Below, in pieces: positions 50,200 to 61,466 of a stretch of DNA of 64,000 nucleotides. The first letter of the stretch is position 1, and each line of letters starts with the position of its first letter. The notes below the pieces were generated by a model. That model saw only the letters and a program-made list of their open reading frames with translations, had not been told where the DNA came from and did not search any database. Location of the stretch: contig NW_021831287.1 in assembly GCF_006345805.1 (NCBI RefSeq), positions 186,001 to 250,000 of the forward strand. The letters are read 5' to 3'. This DNA is from Octopus sinensis. Lineage: Eukaryota. Both the position numbers and the translations under genes were made by a program.

Positions 50200-51050
50200 T
50201 ACAAATACCAAATATGTCAGCCAGATAATATACTTTAAGCATGAAAATATCGCTATTAAATAAATTGGCAAATTCGGTCGACCTAATATTTCGTAAAAAT
50301 AAACTAATATCATTTCACAGCTCGGAAACCCGTGATAGTTCTTTACTTCTTTATAACCAGCGTACTTCAGTATCAAATAAAACCACTAGTAAAGCAAATA
50401 TGTTTTAAATTCTTTGCAGAGTATTTAAAAAGTCTAATTTGTAGCCTTACCTTGAATTAAATTCACAATTTTGACTGTTGAATCAAATACAATTTTTTAG
50501 CTTAAATGGGAAAGTTTTGTAGCAACTGAATATTTTCAAATGATGCAGTGTTTCATAATTACATGTGGTGCTATTTCTTTCACCAATCTGACAAAACTAA
50601 AACGCTATTTTATCATAGCTGGTGACCAATCTCTACAAATATATTCAACTTTATCCCAGTGAATACAATTGTTACGTAAAAAGCCAAAAAAATCAAGAAT
50701 ATCATTAGCCGTTGATCTCGCAGTTAATTCCAAACAAAATAAAGTCGTCATGAATTAATTCTCTGTCGACAAAACGAACAAATGCAACAAAATCATTTTT
50801 AAATGTTATATCAATAGATTTATCCAATTTTATACTAATTATTCATGTGCTGCCATTTATTTTCATAAAAAGTTGTTCCAAAAAATTACAAAACATGTCT
50901 CGTTTTCGATTCGTAATCATATTATTAGATAAAAGTACATTTTTACATTTTTGTAAAACATTTTAATACGGTAGGTTTATTAAATTTTTTCTGGAAGAGT
51001 GAGATACTTTGTTTTTGGCAATAATTAAGGATATCTAAAATGGTTATCTA
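50200..51050 (-). mobile_element. Decayed hAT (Buster/ZBED-like) transposase
   Basis: LSNN.I..R, C.D.SPAM, HVIMKHCII motifs with stops. Confidence 0.65.
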
Positions 51051-51710
51051 TTGGTCCAAATCAAAAATTACTAAGTTTCCAAATTTATATTTAGTTTTCT
51101 GCAATAAAACTTTTGGCAGTGTCAAAATTTGTGTGAGTTTTTTTATTATATCTAAGCAACCAAAAGTTGAGCTAAAAAATCAATAATTGACCTCCACAAA
51201 GTCAACAAAATTGATCCAAAAAGAGAGGAAAATTGACCAGAATGTAGGCCTAAAAAGAAGTTCTCGAAATGACAAAAAATTCTATCTTCGTTAAAAAGTT
51301 TTAGAATTTCATTCGAGTTCAATCTCTTTGATATATTCATTTATTTTACTTTTATCATCGTTTTCATCGAGTTTTTACAAAAAATTCAAAGGTTTTTGGA
51401 TTTAAAAGTTCCTCGATTCTAAAAACATCAACGATTGGGGAATATCTCAACATTTGCACATCAAATCGTATCATCCACAATCTGACAAATTTATGTTGAT
51501 ATTTGAATTCTGAAGATAACTTGAATCCGATAATATTGAAAAAAATGATTAAGGCAGGATTCCTTAGTTTATCTAAATATATTTAAAGTCTCTAGAAGTA
51601 ATTTTGATAAATTAATTTATAATTAAGTCAATTTAAATTTTATTTATTAAAATTGTTTATTATTTTATTTACAATAAAATATTATCTTTGTTCTAGTGGT
51701 GATTCCAAAA

Positions 51711-52358
51711 ATGAGAAAAGAAAGAGCGACATGTTACATCTGCAAGACCACTGGTTACAAAGAAAAGATGTTGGCATGTAAAGACTGTCGCCATTGCTGT
51801 TTTGTCACAATCTAACCCATCAGACCACTCCCAATGTCTCAATTACTCCCCAGAACTAACTCAAAATGCAAAATCCTCTCCATGGCAATGTTTTAGCTGT
51901 AAAACATGTGTCATTTGTCTTGATGTTACCTATGAAGAGGATCTATTAGTTTGTGATCGATGTGACTTGGGGTACCACACAACCTGTCACGTGCCTCCCC
52001 TGGATGGGCCACCAAATGGTCCTTGGGTGTGCCAAAGGTGCTGTCAGGGAGACTCAGACTGTTCAGAATGGTCAGTTCAGGAGGTAATAAACCCGTCTAA
52101 CCTACAGGTAGCAGATTGGATAAAGAAAAATGGATTTCCAGGTGAGGCAGAGCAGTTTATTCACAATGTTTGTAAATATGGCTAGATTTGTAGGAGATTG
52201 ATGGAATGGCTTTGATCTTTCTGAAGAGATCGGATGTTTTAAAAGGAATGGGACTCTTGTTAGGGCCAGCCTTGTTGATTTATGAGTGTATTGAGGCACT
52301 ACAAAGAAGGCGTTTTCTTACTGATAGTCTTAGAAAAACTATTACCGATTCGGCTTGA
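51711..52358 (+). CDS. Double-PHD finger plus SAM-domain protein (SAMD1/SAMD13-like SAM), 4 exons
   Basis: C..C...C..C...|H..CL...WQC..CK.C..C...LL.CDRCD.GYH..C..PP....P.G.W.C..C; SAM WSVQE|VADWI...GF..EA..F..N|EIDG.AL..L.R.DVL....LGPAL.IY. Confidence 0.85.
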
Positions 52359-53099
52359 ATGATTTTTTTAATTTTTTTGGATTTAAGTTTTATTTTAAAG
52401 ATCGTAAAAGTATTTGATTAAAGCTTGTATTTTAATTACTTTTTACTTTATAAACAACTAAGATAAGATTCGAACCTACGATATTATGGTTTGTAATAAC
52501 AACGTACAGTAAATTATTTCAAATTTGACATTTTTGGTTTTGTCAAATTTTCGGCAAATTTTGGATTTAATCAATACTTTAAAAAATTTTAGAAACTTTT
52601 CGTTGATAAAAACTACCAGATTATTGAATTTTAATGAAATAATATTCAATTTTCATTTTTTGATAGTTTGGATTTTTTCTTTAAATCTATTAATTGCTTT
52701 AATAAAGACAATATCCTCTTCGTTTTCAATATTTTCATGAAGATACTTATCAATTTTTATTAAGTTAAATGCTATTTTATTCTTGTTTAAAATTTTCATT
52801 TCAGTAGCTTCTTCATGGATGAGTATCTCACTTTCATAATGGTGTTATTTCTTTATTATCTATCGCATTTTTTCAGAATAATTTATTCACATAAATTCTT
52901 GAATTTCAATCGGAATGTAAATATCCGTCTTGTATAATGTTACTTTGACAATCCTCAGATTTACTAACGGTGTGGTTGTATCCGATGTTTATATAATTCA
53001 GATACCTACATGTGTCAATACAATATCCGCCGTAGACCTCCCTCTTCTGAACCCACTTTGTCCCACAGACAAAAATTTGTCCACGGTAGGAGATATTGT

Positions 53100-54010
53100 A
53101 TAAAGGACAATTAACCACAGTAGTTTTCGTAGAGATGTTAAGAGAATTATAGGTCAGAAATTTTCTCAACCACATACTGGGAGTAGACCTATCCAGGGCG
53201 TTTGACTCTGTTCGCAAGGGAAAATTTATACAGCTATTGGAAACATTGTTAGATGAGGACAGCTTGAGAATGATACGTGTCCTAGTTGCGAATACTGATC
53301 TGGAAGTGTGGGTTGGCTCGGAGCACTCTTGTAAATTCAAAACACACATTGGCATTCCACAAGGTGATCTCCTCTCCGATCCTATTTTTCATCTATCTGG
53401 AAGCTGCTCTTCGTGATCTGAGAGCTAAAATTGGCCCAAACACCATCATGGAATTAATATATGCGGACGACATAGATTTTGTTTCAGAAGAGATGAATGA
53501 TATCAAAATTCCACTTGAATACGCTCCTGAAGTATTTGGAGAGTGGTTCTTGAGAATGAATGAACAAAAGACTGAGTTCATTACAGTCACACGAGAAAGT
53601 AAATTTTCCTGAAAGATATGGAGGAGATCAAGAAAAGTCGGGTCACTGCTTGGTGACTGGGAAGATGTCCAACGAAAAAAGATATTGTCAACATTAGCAT
53701 TGAAGAGGCTCAAATCGACATGGCTAAGTTACGCGCATCTCTCAAATCCCGTAAAAGTACGTTTGTAAAATGCTTTCATCCTGCCCATTTTACTATAAAT
53801 CACAGGAACATGGGGACTGAATCAGAAATGTATAGAAAGTCTCAATGCTTTTCACAAAAAACAACTCAGGTCATTACTGAAAATACACTATCCAATAAAG
53901 ATCAAGAACCAAGACTTATACTCAGCTTTCAAAACAGAACAATTAGATGCAACTATCACTAAAAGCCGATGGGGACTCTTTGGCCACATACCTCAGTTCC
54001 TGCTAATGAC
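53100..54010 (+). mobile_element. Non-LTR retrotransposon RT remnant
   Basis: DLSRAFDSV, G.PQGD.LSP.LF.IYL, YADD, N..KTE motifs with frameshifts. Confidence 0.8.
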
Positions 54011-54342
54011 ATCATGGAAACATACTTTCAATGATAATAAATATTAATGCATCGTTCAATAATGCGCTTAAAAATTTAAAAACATTAGAAAATACCTTTT
54101 GCTTTTATTGAATCCATACAATCAACAAGTTTTTCACCAAGTTGAAGTAATTTAACTTTTTAATTGTTTTTGTAGATGAATTTTTAGTTCCGAATTGTTC
54201 TAGAATTGACTCACAACTCTTTAAAATAACGTTAACTGTATAATATACAATTTATACAAAAAAAATATATCGGCAATTTTTTTGGGATAATAATCTTATA
54301 ATTCAATATTTGCACTTTTTGTTGGATAGTGAGTCTGTATAT

Positions 54343-55579
54343 CAGTGGTTCCCAACCTGGGGTCCGCGGAGCCAGTTTTGGGGTTCCGCGAAATTTATTA
54401 TATTTATTTAATAATAGTTTTTAATTATTAAAATATATTAAACATCCACGCTTATATCTTGTTTCTCTTTTGAGTTAGTTGGTCAATTTTATAAAATTTT
54501 TAATGAGAAACAATAATTGCATAAGAGATTCCAAAAAATATTCAAAAAAGGTTTTTTTATAATTATAATTTCAGAAAAGAAAATGTGATGAAAGCTACCT
54601 CTCATATGGGTTTTCTCAGAATGGATCTGATTTACCACATACGGCAGAATGTGTAATATGTCATCATATAATGCCTAACACATCTCTTGTTCCTGCCAAA
54701 CTATCAAGACATTTATTGATGAAGCATTCTCATTTAAAGGATAAAGATATTTCCTTTTTTCAAAACAAATTAAATGCATCTACAAGGTGCAAGTTGGAAA
54801 CGTCCAATTTTGCGAAAGACGACAATTTAAAATCTTATGAAGTATATAATTATTTTAATCAAACAGGTGAGTTATCTTGTAGCACGTTGTGGAGAGGCAC
54901 ATACAATTGCCGAAAATCTTATAAAGCCATGTTAAAAAAAATCATCGAGTGTATTTATGGCGAACAAATGTCTAAGAAACTGGATCTTGTTCCTTTGTCA
55001 AATAATACTATTTCAAGGCGAATTCAGGAACTTTCGGAAAATATTGAAACACAGTTACTAATTCGTTTGAATAATTCGAATGGTTTCGCTATTTAAATTG
55101 ATGAATCAAAGTTAAAGTAATACCAGCAAATCTAACATCAATTGAATATGAACATCTTATTGATTTGACATCAGAATCAGCGTCACATCAGTTCAATAAA
55201 AATGAATCCCTTTTTAATTTTTGGAGGGGATACATTTCAAAATATCCAGATATCTCAGAAAAGGCTATACGTAAACTATTACCTTTTCCAACGACTTACT
55301 TATGTGAGTCTGGGTTTTCAATATATACATCCACCAAAACAAAATATAGAAATAAACTTAATGCTTCCGCTGATATGAGGATACAGTTGTCAACAATAAC
55401 TCCTAACGTTACACAACTATGCTATGATAAAAAATTAGCTCAATGTTCACATTAAAATTGTTTTTTGTTATTACTATTGTGTTTTAAGTGAAATTATAAT
55501 AATTGAATTGAAAGGGGTTCTGCAAAAAATAAATTAGCTCAAAAGGGTTCCGCGAGCACCTTAAGGTTGGGAACCACTG
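54343..55579 (+). mobile_element. Internally deleted hAT Buster/Charlie-like element with micro-introns
   Basis: TIRs CAGTGGTTCCCAACCT / AGGTTGGGAACCACTG; perfect 8-bp TSD CTGTATAT; BED finger, LSNNTISRRI and FPTTYLCESGFS. Introns 54551-54574 and 54842-54866. Confidence 0.92.
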
Positions 55580-55807
55580 CTGTATATCAACCACATGAAT
55601 CACAACAAAGAATAATGATTTTTTCAAGAATTAAAAGATAGTGACAAATTTCCACTACAAATTAAAAAATTTCTTCAAAAATTGGCAAAATTAGTAAATT
55701 TAAGAGATTTTAATGATTCAAAAAATGACCAAATGAAGAACAAATTAAATGTTAAAGAAATTAGAATTAAGATAATTAGAATTGATTAGGCTAAGTCGAT
55801 TCAGTAT

Positions 55808-56283
55808 TTACGCCTGTATGATTGGAATATTCGAATTCCTTTTGATGACCGTTTTCATTTCCTCATCTTCTTCTCCTTCTTCTATATTGTCGTCACCTTC
55901 CTCATTCTCATCTAGAAGACATATCCACCACATTCTACCTTCTTCTAAATCTTCCGATTCCTCTTCTTTAATAGTCAATTCATTTTATTTATAACCTTCA
56001 TCGGACTCTTCCTCTTCATTCTCTTCTCCTTCTGAGTCTTCAACCTCTTCTGTCTCCTCTGAATCTTCGACTTGGTTTGAGTCGTCGATTTCGTCTTCTT
56101 GCGCATGAAGAGAATTAGTTGAATTATTGGTGACTTCTGGAGGGGCTTTATTTTATTAAATGTAATTTAACTTGAATTATTATTTGAAATATTTGCGGGT
56201 GGTCTTGAGGCACAAAGGACCTTTATTTGTATTATTATAAACTAATATACTATTAACAATACATGAATAAGCAAATATTTCAT
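55808..56283 (-). CDS. Secreted Asp/Glu-rich protein (~119 aa), 5 exons, absent from the ORF track
   Basis: Four GT-AG introns (30, 26, 30, 27 nt) join MKYLLIHVLLI|VLCASRPPANISNNNS|TPPEVTNNSTNSLHAQEDEIDDS...EEESDE|EEESEDLEE|DENEEGDDNIEEGEDEEMKTVIKRNSNIPIIQA*. Confidence 0.8.
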
Positions 56284-56791
56284 TTTAGATATGAATTACA
56301 ATAAAATAGTTTATATACCACTTTTACTGCCATATGTTATATAAATGCTCTTTGAGTGTAACACGTGTAATCAAGTAGAACCTATTTTTGCTATGGGAAT
56401 TTATGTCAAAAGCTCTCGATATATCAATCTGGAGTTTATAAAATCTTGAACAACTTAATAACATGATTATATTATTTTTACCTTAGTTCGCTTGACTTTT
56501 TCTTTTTAATACTTAAACATTGGCTTTTCTAATAGTAATAAATAAAAAATGATTCTATTGTCAAATCACATAGCGATACAAAATTCTGTGATTGTGGTCA
56601 TATGGATTTTTCTTTTTTGTTCAGCCTACAAAATTGCTACTTTTCACAAGGAAATTAACTTTTGCCTATTGAAATCCAAAATAAATATGTGAAACCGAAA
56701 AAAGGGTGAAGCCATCACAGGTGTCAACAATGATAATTGCCATAAGTCGCCATAAAATAATAATCCACATTAAAATAAGTACGTCAACCCA

Positions 56792-57060
56792 ATGTCCAAT
56801 ATCAGGATGTTTGTTAAAGATGATGCAGATTACAACATACTGAAATCTATCCTTAACAGGAAAGACGTGGAAGTTAGAAAGTTTCGACTAAAAAAAGCTG
56901 AAAATTTCATTCTTATTGACAGAAATACTAATCGACTCCACAAAATTGTTACTAATCGACTCGAAATACTAATTGACTGATTTAACAAACACAGAAGAAA
57001 TGAAAATCATTCCTGAAAAAATTTACAAAACAAACCATTGTGAGAATAATGCCCTATATG
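56792..57060 (+). mobile_element. Ginger integrase N-terminal fragment
   Basis: MSNIRMFVKDDADYNILKSIL...RLKKAENFILID resembles MSRSFIKNSEEYDILCRIL...RKKAEKFILI at 44.2 kb. Confidence 0.6.
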
Positions 57061-58020
57061 TACTTTTCAGAAAAGATTTTTCGTAATCACGCGAAACACA
57101 TGAAGGAATGGATCGATCAAGATATGAATTTAAAATTGGAGACAGTACATTCAATTTATAATTACTTAAAAGATTTGTATTCAGATAAACCAGGGGTCGG
57201 CAGAATTTCCGACTTCACGAGCTGGATTGTAAAAAATTATTGGTCTGTGGGCCGGATAATTTTTTTTACTTATTTAAGACTAATATTAATAAAAAATCGT
57301 TTTAAGAACATAATCAGACTGCAAATCTATAAGTTCCAATTGATAGATTTCTGATTTCTACATCGGAAGGTATAGAAAACATGTTAAATTCGTCTGAATG
57401 AGCTTTAAATTCCAAAAATCGAGATGAAAATTGTGATTTCAATTTGATAAGGACATCTAAAAAATCGATCATTTGATTTTGGTTCTTTTTAAATTTGGGA
57501 AATGAATGAAGTTTCGATTTTCGAATTGACAAATCCATAAATTAATCTTATTTTCAAATGCAATAATGTGAGAATATATGTGACATGTATCAGCAGATTT
57601 TTTCCTTATACAGTGACTCCTCTGAAATTGGCCATTTTTGGTTCCACGTGTTTTTGTGGTCAATTCGAGAAATGGCCAATTTGAGAAATAAAATCAATCT
57701 TTTGTGTAAATTAAATTTTGAATAAGAACAACTTTTATCCAGAAAATTTTAAGTAATTAAGCATTATTAATGTTCTTAAAGTAGAATTGGATGCCCATCT
57801 GCTTTTTTTGAGTTTTAATGACATTTTCCTTATAGCGCCTTATGGATGTAATCAATTGAACTTCATGTTCGTTCTCAATGTTTTTTAGGAGGTCGTTTTT
57901 AATTTTAGTTAACTTAACCACAATGTCTTATTTGTCAATTGAATCATTGGATTCTACTTCATTGGATTCTACTTCAGCTTCTACTTCTTCTTCATCTTAA
58001 TAATAAAATGGTATGGTGTG

Positions 58021-58051
<31 letters not shown>

Positions 58052-58076
58052 GTGTGCACACCAACTTCAAATTGGC

Positions 58077-59150
58077 AATACGATGTCCTCGACTTACATG
58101 ATGAGGTCCTTAAAACCTTCCCCCCAAAAAAAATTAAAAAAAAATTTTCTGCATTTTGGTTAAAATGAACAACTACGATGTCCTCGACTTACATGATGAG
58201 GTACTTAAAACCTTCCCCCCAAAAAAAATTAAAAAAAAATTTTCTGCATTTTGGTTAAAATGAACAACTACGATGTCCTCGACTTACATGATGAGGTCCT
58301 TGAAACCTTCCCCCCAAAAAAATCAAAAAAAATTTTCTGCATTTTGGTTAAAATGAACAACTACGATGTCCTCGACTTACATGATGAGGTCCTTAAAACC
58401 TTCCCCCAAAAAAAATTAAAAAAAAATTTTCTGCATTTTGGTTAAAATGAACAACTACGATGTCCTCGACTTACATGATGAGGTCCTTAAAACCTTCCCC
58501 CCAAAAAAAATTAAAAAAAAATTTTCTGCATTTTGGTTAAAATGAACAACTACGATGTCCTCGACTTACATGATGAGGTACTTAAAACCTTCCCCCCAAA
58601 AAAAATTAAAAAAAAATTTTCTGCATTTTGGTTAAAATGAACAACTACGATGTCCTCGAATTACATGATGAGGTCCTTAAAACCTTCCCCCCCAAAAAAA
58701 ATCAAAAAAAAATTTTCTGCATTTTGGTTAAAATGAACAACTACGATGTCCTCGACTTACATGATGAGGTCCTTAAAACCTTCCCCCCAAAAAAAATTAA
58801 AAAAAAATTTTCTGCATTTTGGTTAAAATGAACAACTACGATGTCCTCGACTTACATGATGAGGTCCTTAAAACCTTCCCCCCAAAAAAATCAAAAAAAA
58901 TTTTCTGCATTTTGGTTAAAATGAACAACTACGATGTCCTCGACTTACATGATGAGGTCCTTAAAACCTTCCCCCCAAAAAAAATTAAAAAAAATTTTTT
59001 TGCATTTTGGTTAAAATGAACAACTACGATGTCCTCGACTTACATGATGAGGTCCTTAAAACCTTTCCGCCAAAAAATCAAAAATTATTTTCTGCATTTG
59101 ATTAAAATGAACAACGTTAATGTCCTCGACATTCATGATGAGGTCCATTA
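58077..59150. repeat. 93-96-bp tandem satellite, about 11.5 copies, inside the Helitron
   Basis: Unit AACTACGATGTCCTCGACTTACATGATGAGGTCCTTAAAACCTTCnAnTTAnTTTTCTGCATTTTGGTTAAAATGAAC. Length variation lies mainly in homopolymers. Confidence 0.97.
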
Positions 59151-59277
59151 AAAATCTCACGTATTAAGAATATCCTTGATGAAAACGACAGCGAGAATAT
59201 TAACATGATGAACTCCCATTATTCGCGATAAAGAAATTCAATTCATCTTATGATTTTCTCTTTTAAAATAATGCATA

Positions 59278-61018
59278 CAGTCCGACCCCCAAATGGGGCA
59301 CCAAGTGCCCCAAAATGCGGGGGTGCCCCAAAAACAGGGGTTTGTTATTTTTTTAAAAATTAAACCATTAATAAACATCAAAAAACATTTTTACTAAAAT
59401 ATTCAGTTATTTTCTTTTTATTTGTAGAGTTTTGTCTGATATTGTTCGTCAATTTCAGCCGAAAATCAAAAAATCTCGGAGCATACTTGGTGCAACATTA
59501 GAAATTTTTTCTTCTAAATTGTTAAGCAGATCTTTTGTTTTTGCTACGACATTTTCACTATTTTCGGTTTCTGAATATGTATCATAAACATTATTGTTCA
59601 TGTCTTCGCATTCTCCATCAATTGTTTCGTTAACAACTTGATCTAAATGTTCATCTGTTAGACAGTTTTTTGTTGCATAAGAATCACGGTTCCTGTCGAT
59701 TTTCTTCCAACAATTAACAATACTTTTAGCATCTATTTTCTCCCATCCTTTTGAAATTAGCATCATAACCTGACGCAAATTTAATTTACCAATAGAATGT
59801 GTAAAATCGTTTTCGAAATCTTGAAAACATAAAAATTCCATTAAGAAAGAGGAATAATAATCTTTAAAAATCTTGATTATTCCCATATCCAAAGGTTGTA
59901 AATAGGGCGTTGTATTTTTCGGCAAAAATAAAAATTCGATGTTCGAACATTCGGCAGTTTTATGGCATCCCGCATTGTCAAGTATTAATAATATTTTTCT
60001 GTTGTTTTTGCAAAACGATTCATTTATAAGTGTAAGCCAACTCATAAAAGTCTTTCCAGTCATCCATGCATTTTGAGAAGATGAATACAATAACCCAAAA
60101 TCTTGAACATCAAAATTTTTTAGACACCGAGGTTTTTTATATTTTCCAATAATCAATGGATTAAGTTTTTCCCCGATTAAACTGCAGCATAGAAGAACAG
60201 TGAGTCTTTCTTTCCCTTGTTTATAACCAAAACACGGTTCGCCTTGTTCAACAAATGATTTTTGAGGAGTTCTTTTTATAAAAAGCGCAGTTTCATCACA
60301 ATTAAATATATTCTCAGGTCCATATTTTAATACTTTCTGGTCATATTTTTCAAAATAATTTTTCACATAAGATAAATCACATGAAGCTTTTTCACCACAT
60401 ATTGACTTGAATTGAAGTTCATGCCGCAATTTAAATCTATCAAGCCACCCATTGGAAGCTTTAAAAGAAGTAAATCCAATTTTTGAAGCTGTAACTAAGG
60501 CAATTTTTTTCAAAATAGGGCCTGAAATCGGAATTTTATCTACGCGTAGTCTTTGAAATATTTCAAAGACTTGATCATCAAATTTATCTTTATCGGCTTT
60601 AAATGTGTCATATTCCTCAGAAATAGTATTGCCGTGTTGCAAGAAAGGTACAATATTTCGTTTTATTCTTGATATTGTTCCTTTACTTGTGTTGTACTTT
60701 TTCATTAGTTGCCTCTCAGATAAATTTTTCTTCAAAATTTCTTTAGCAATCTTCAATTTAGTTTCGTAATCCATAACCACAACAATAAATATAAATTGAA
60801 AATAAAACAAAAAATAATTAATTTATTATAATTTTATTTTATTTTTAATTCCTTATAAATGATTTTATGGTGCCCCAAAAATTCCATAATTTTTTATCGA
60901 TTTTTATTTTTTTTCTGCCAAAATGTACTTTTGGAATAAAGTGCCCCAAATTGCGGGGGTGCCCCAAAATCCGAGGGTGCCCCACCCCTGGGGTCTGCCC
61001 CATTTTGGGGTCGGACTG
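59278..61018 (-). mobile_element. pogo/Tigger element B, near-intact
   Basis: TIRs CAGTCCGACCCC(C/A)AAATGGGGCA, TA TSDs, subterminal GTGCCCCAAA repeats. Confidence 0.95.
59455..60774 (-). CDS. pogo/Tigger DDD transposase (intronless)
   Basis: HTH (FKASNGWLDRFK) and catalytic NCDET / LDNAGCH / LQPLD. A probable 1-nt homopolymer frameshift shortens the extreme C-terminus. Confidence 0.93.
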   Translation of the reverse strand: MDYETKLKIAKEILKKNLSERQLMKKYNTSKGTISRIKRNIVPFLQHGNTISEEYDTFKADKDKFDDQVFEIFQRLRVDKIPISGPILKKIALVTASKIGFTSFKASNGWLDRFKLRHELQFKSICGEKASCDLSYVKNYFEKYDQKVLKYGPENIFNCDETALFIKRTPQKSFVEQGEPCFGYKQGKERLTVLLCCSLIGEKLNPLIIGKYKKPRCLKNFDVQDFGLLYSSSQNAWMTGKTFMSWLTLINESFCKNNRKILLILDNAGCHKTAECSNIEFLFLPKNTTPYLQPLDMGIIKIFKDYYSSFLMEFLCFQDFENDFTHSIGKLNLRQVMMLISKGWEKIDAKSIVNCWKKIDRNRDSYATKNCLTDEHLDQVVNETIDGECEDMNNNVYDTYSETENSENVVAKTKDLLNNLEEKISNVAPSMLRDFLIFG

Positions 61019-61227
61019 TATACCATTCAAAATTAAACCTATTATCATATTTGACTTTGACAGAATGTGCAATTACAGATTGCACGACCTTGAATAGAGT
61101 GTGCAATTAACAGATTTTGAAAAACACTTTGATAGTTGAAACCACATTAGCAAAATCATTAACACAATTTACCACCAATTGACAGCGCAATCAGAAGAAT
61201 TTGCGTAAAAATATTAACTATTTAGTT

Positions 61228-61466
61228 AAGTTTTTCGTAAAGATAGAATTTATTTTCGGTATGCCTCATTTCCTAAACTTTTTTATTATTCAAAAATAAT
61301 TTTTTCAATAGATAACTGAAGGAGGGAAGACGACCTTAAGAAAAGAAGTTTTTCGTAAAGATAGAATTTATTTTCTGTATGCCTCTTTTTTCCTAATATT
61401 TTTTATTATTCAAAAATAATTTTTTAAATAGATAACCGAAGGAGGAAAAACGAAGCTGAAGAAAAA
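61228..61466. repeat. ~118-bp direct repeat x2 within the Helitron
   Basis: AAGTTTTTCGTAAAGATAGAATTTATTTTC... starts at ~61228 and ~61346. Confidence 0.85.

Noticed and set aside
58185-58215. Hammerhead ribozyme or C/D snoRNA in the satellite unit (ATGATGAGGTCC...AAAC)
   Set aside because: The core reads ATGATGA rather than CTGATGA, GAAA appears in only one copy, stems I and III cannot be formed, and there is no D box.
58077-59150. CRISPR array or coding repeat (the MVKMNNYDVLDLHDE ORFs)
   Set aside because: Units are contiguous with no unique spacers, the context is eukaryotic, and homopolymer length changes shift frames freely.
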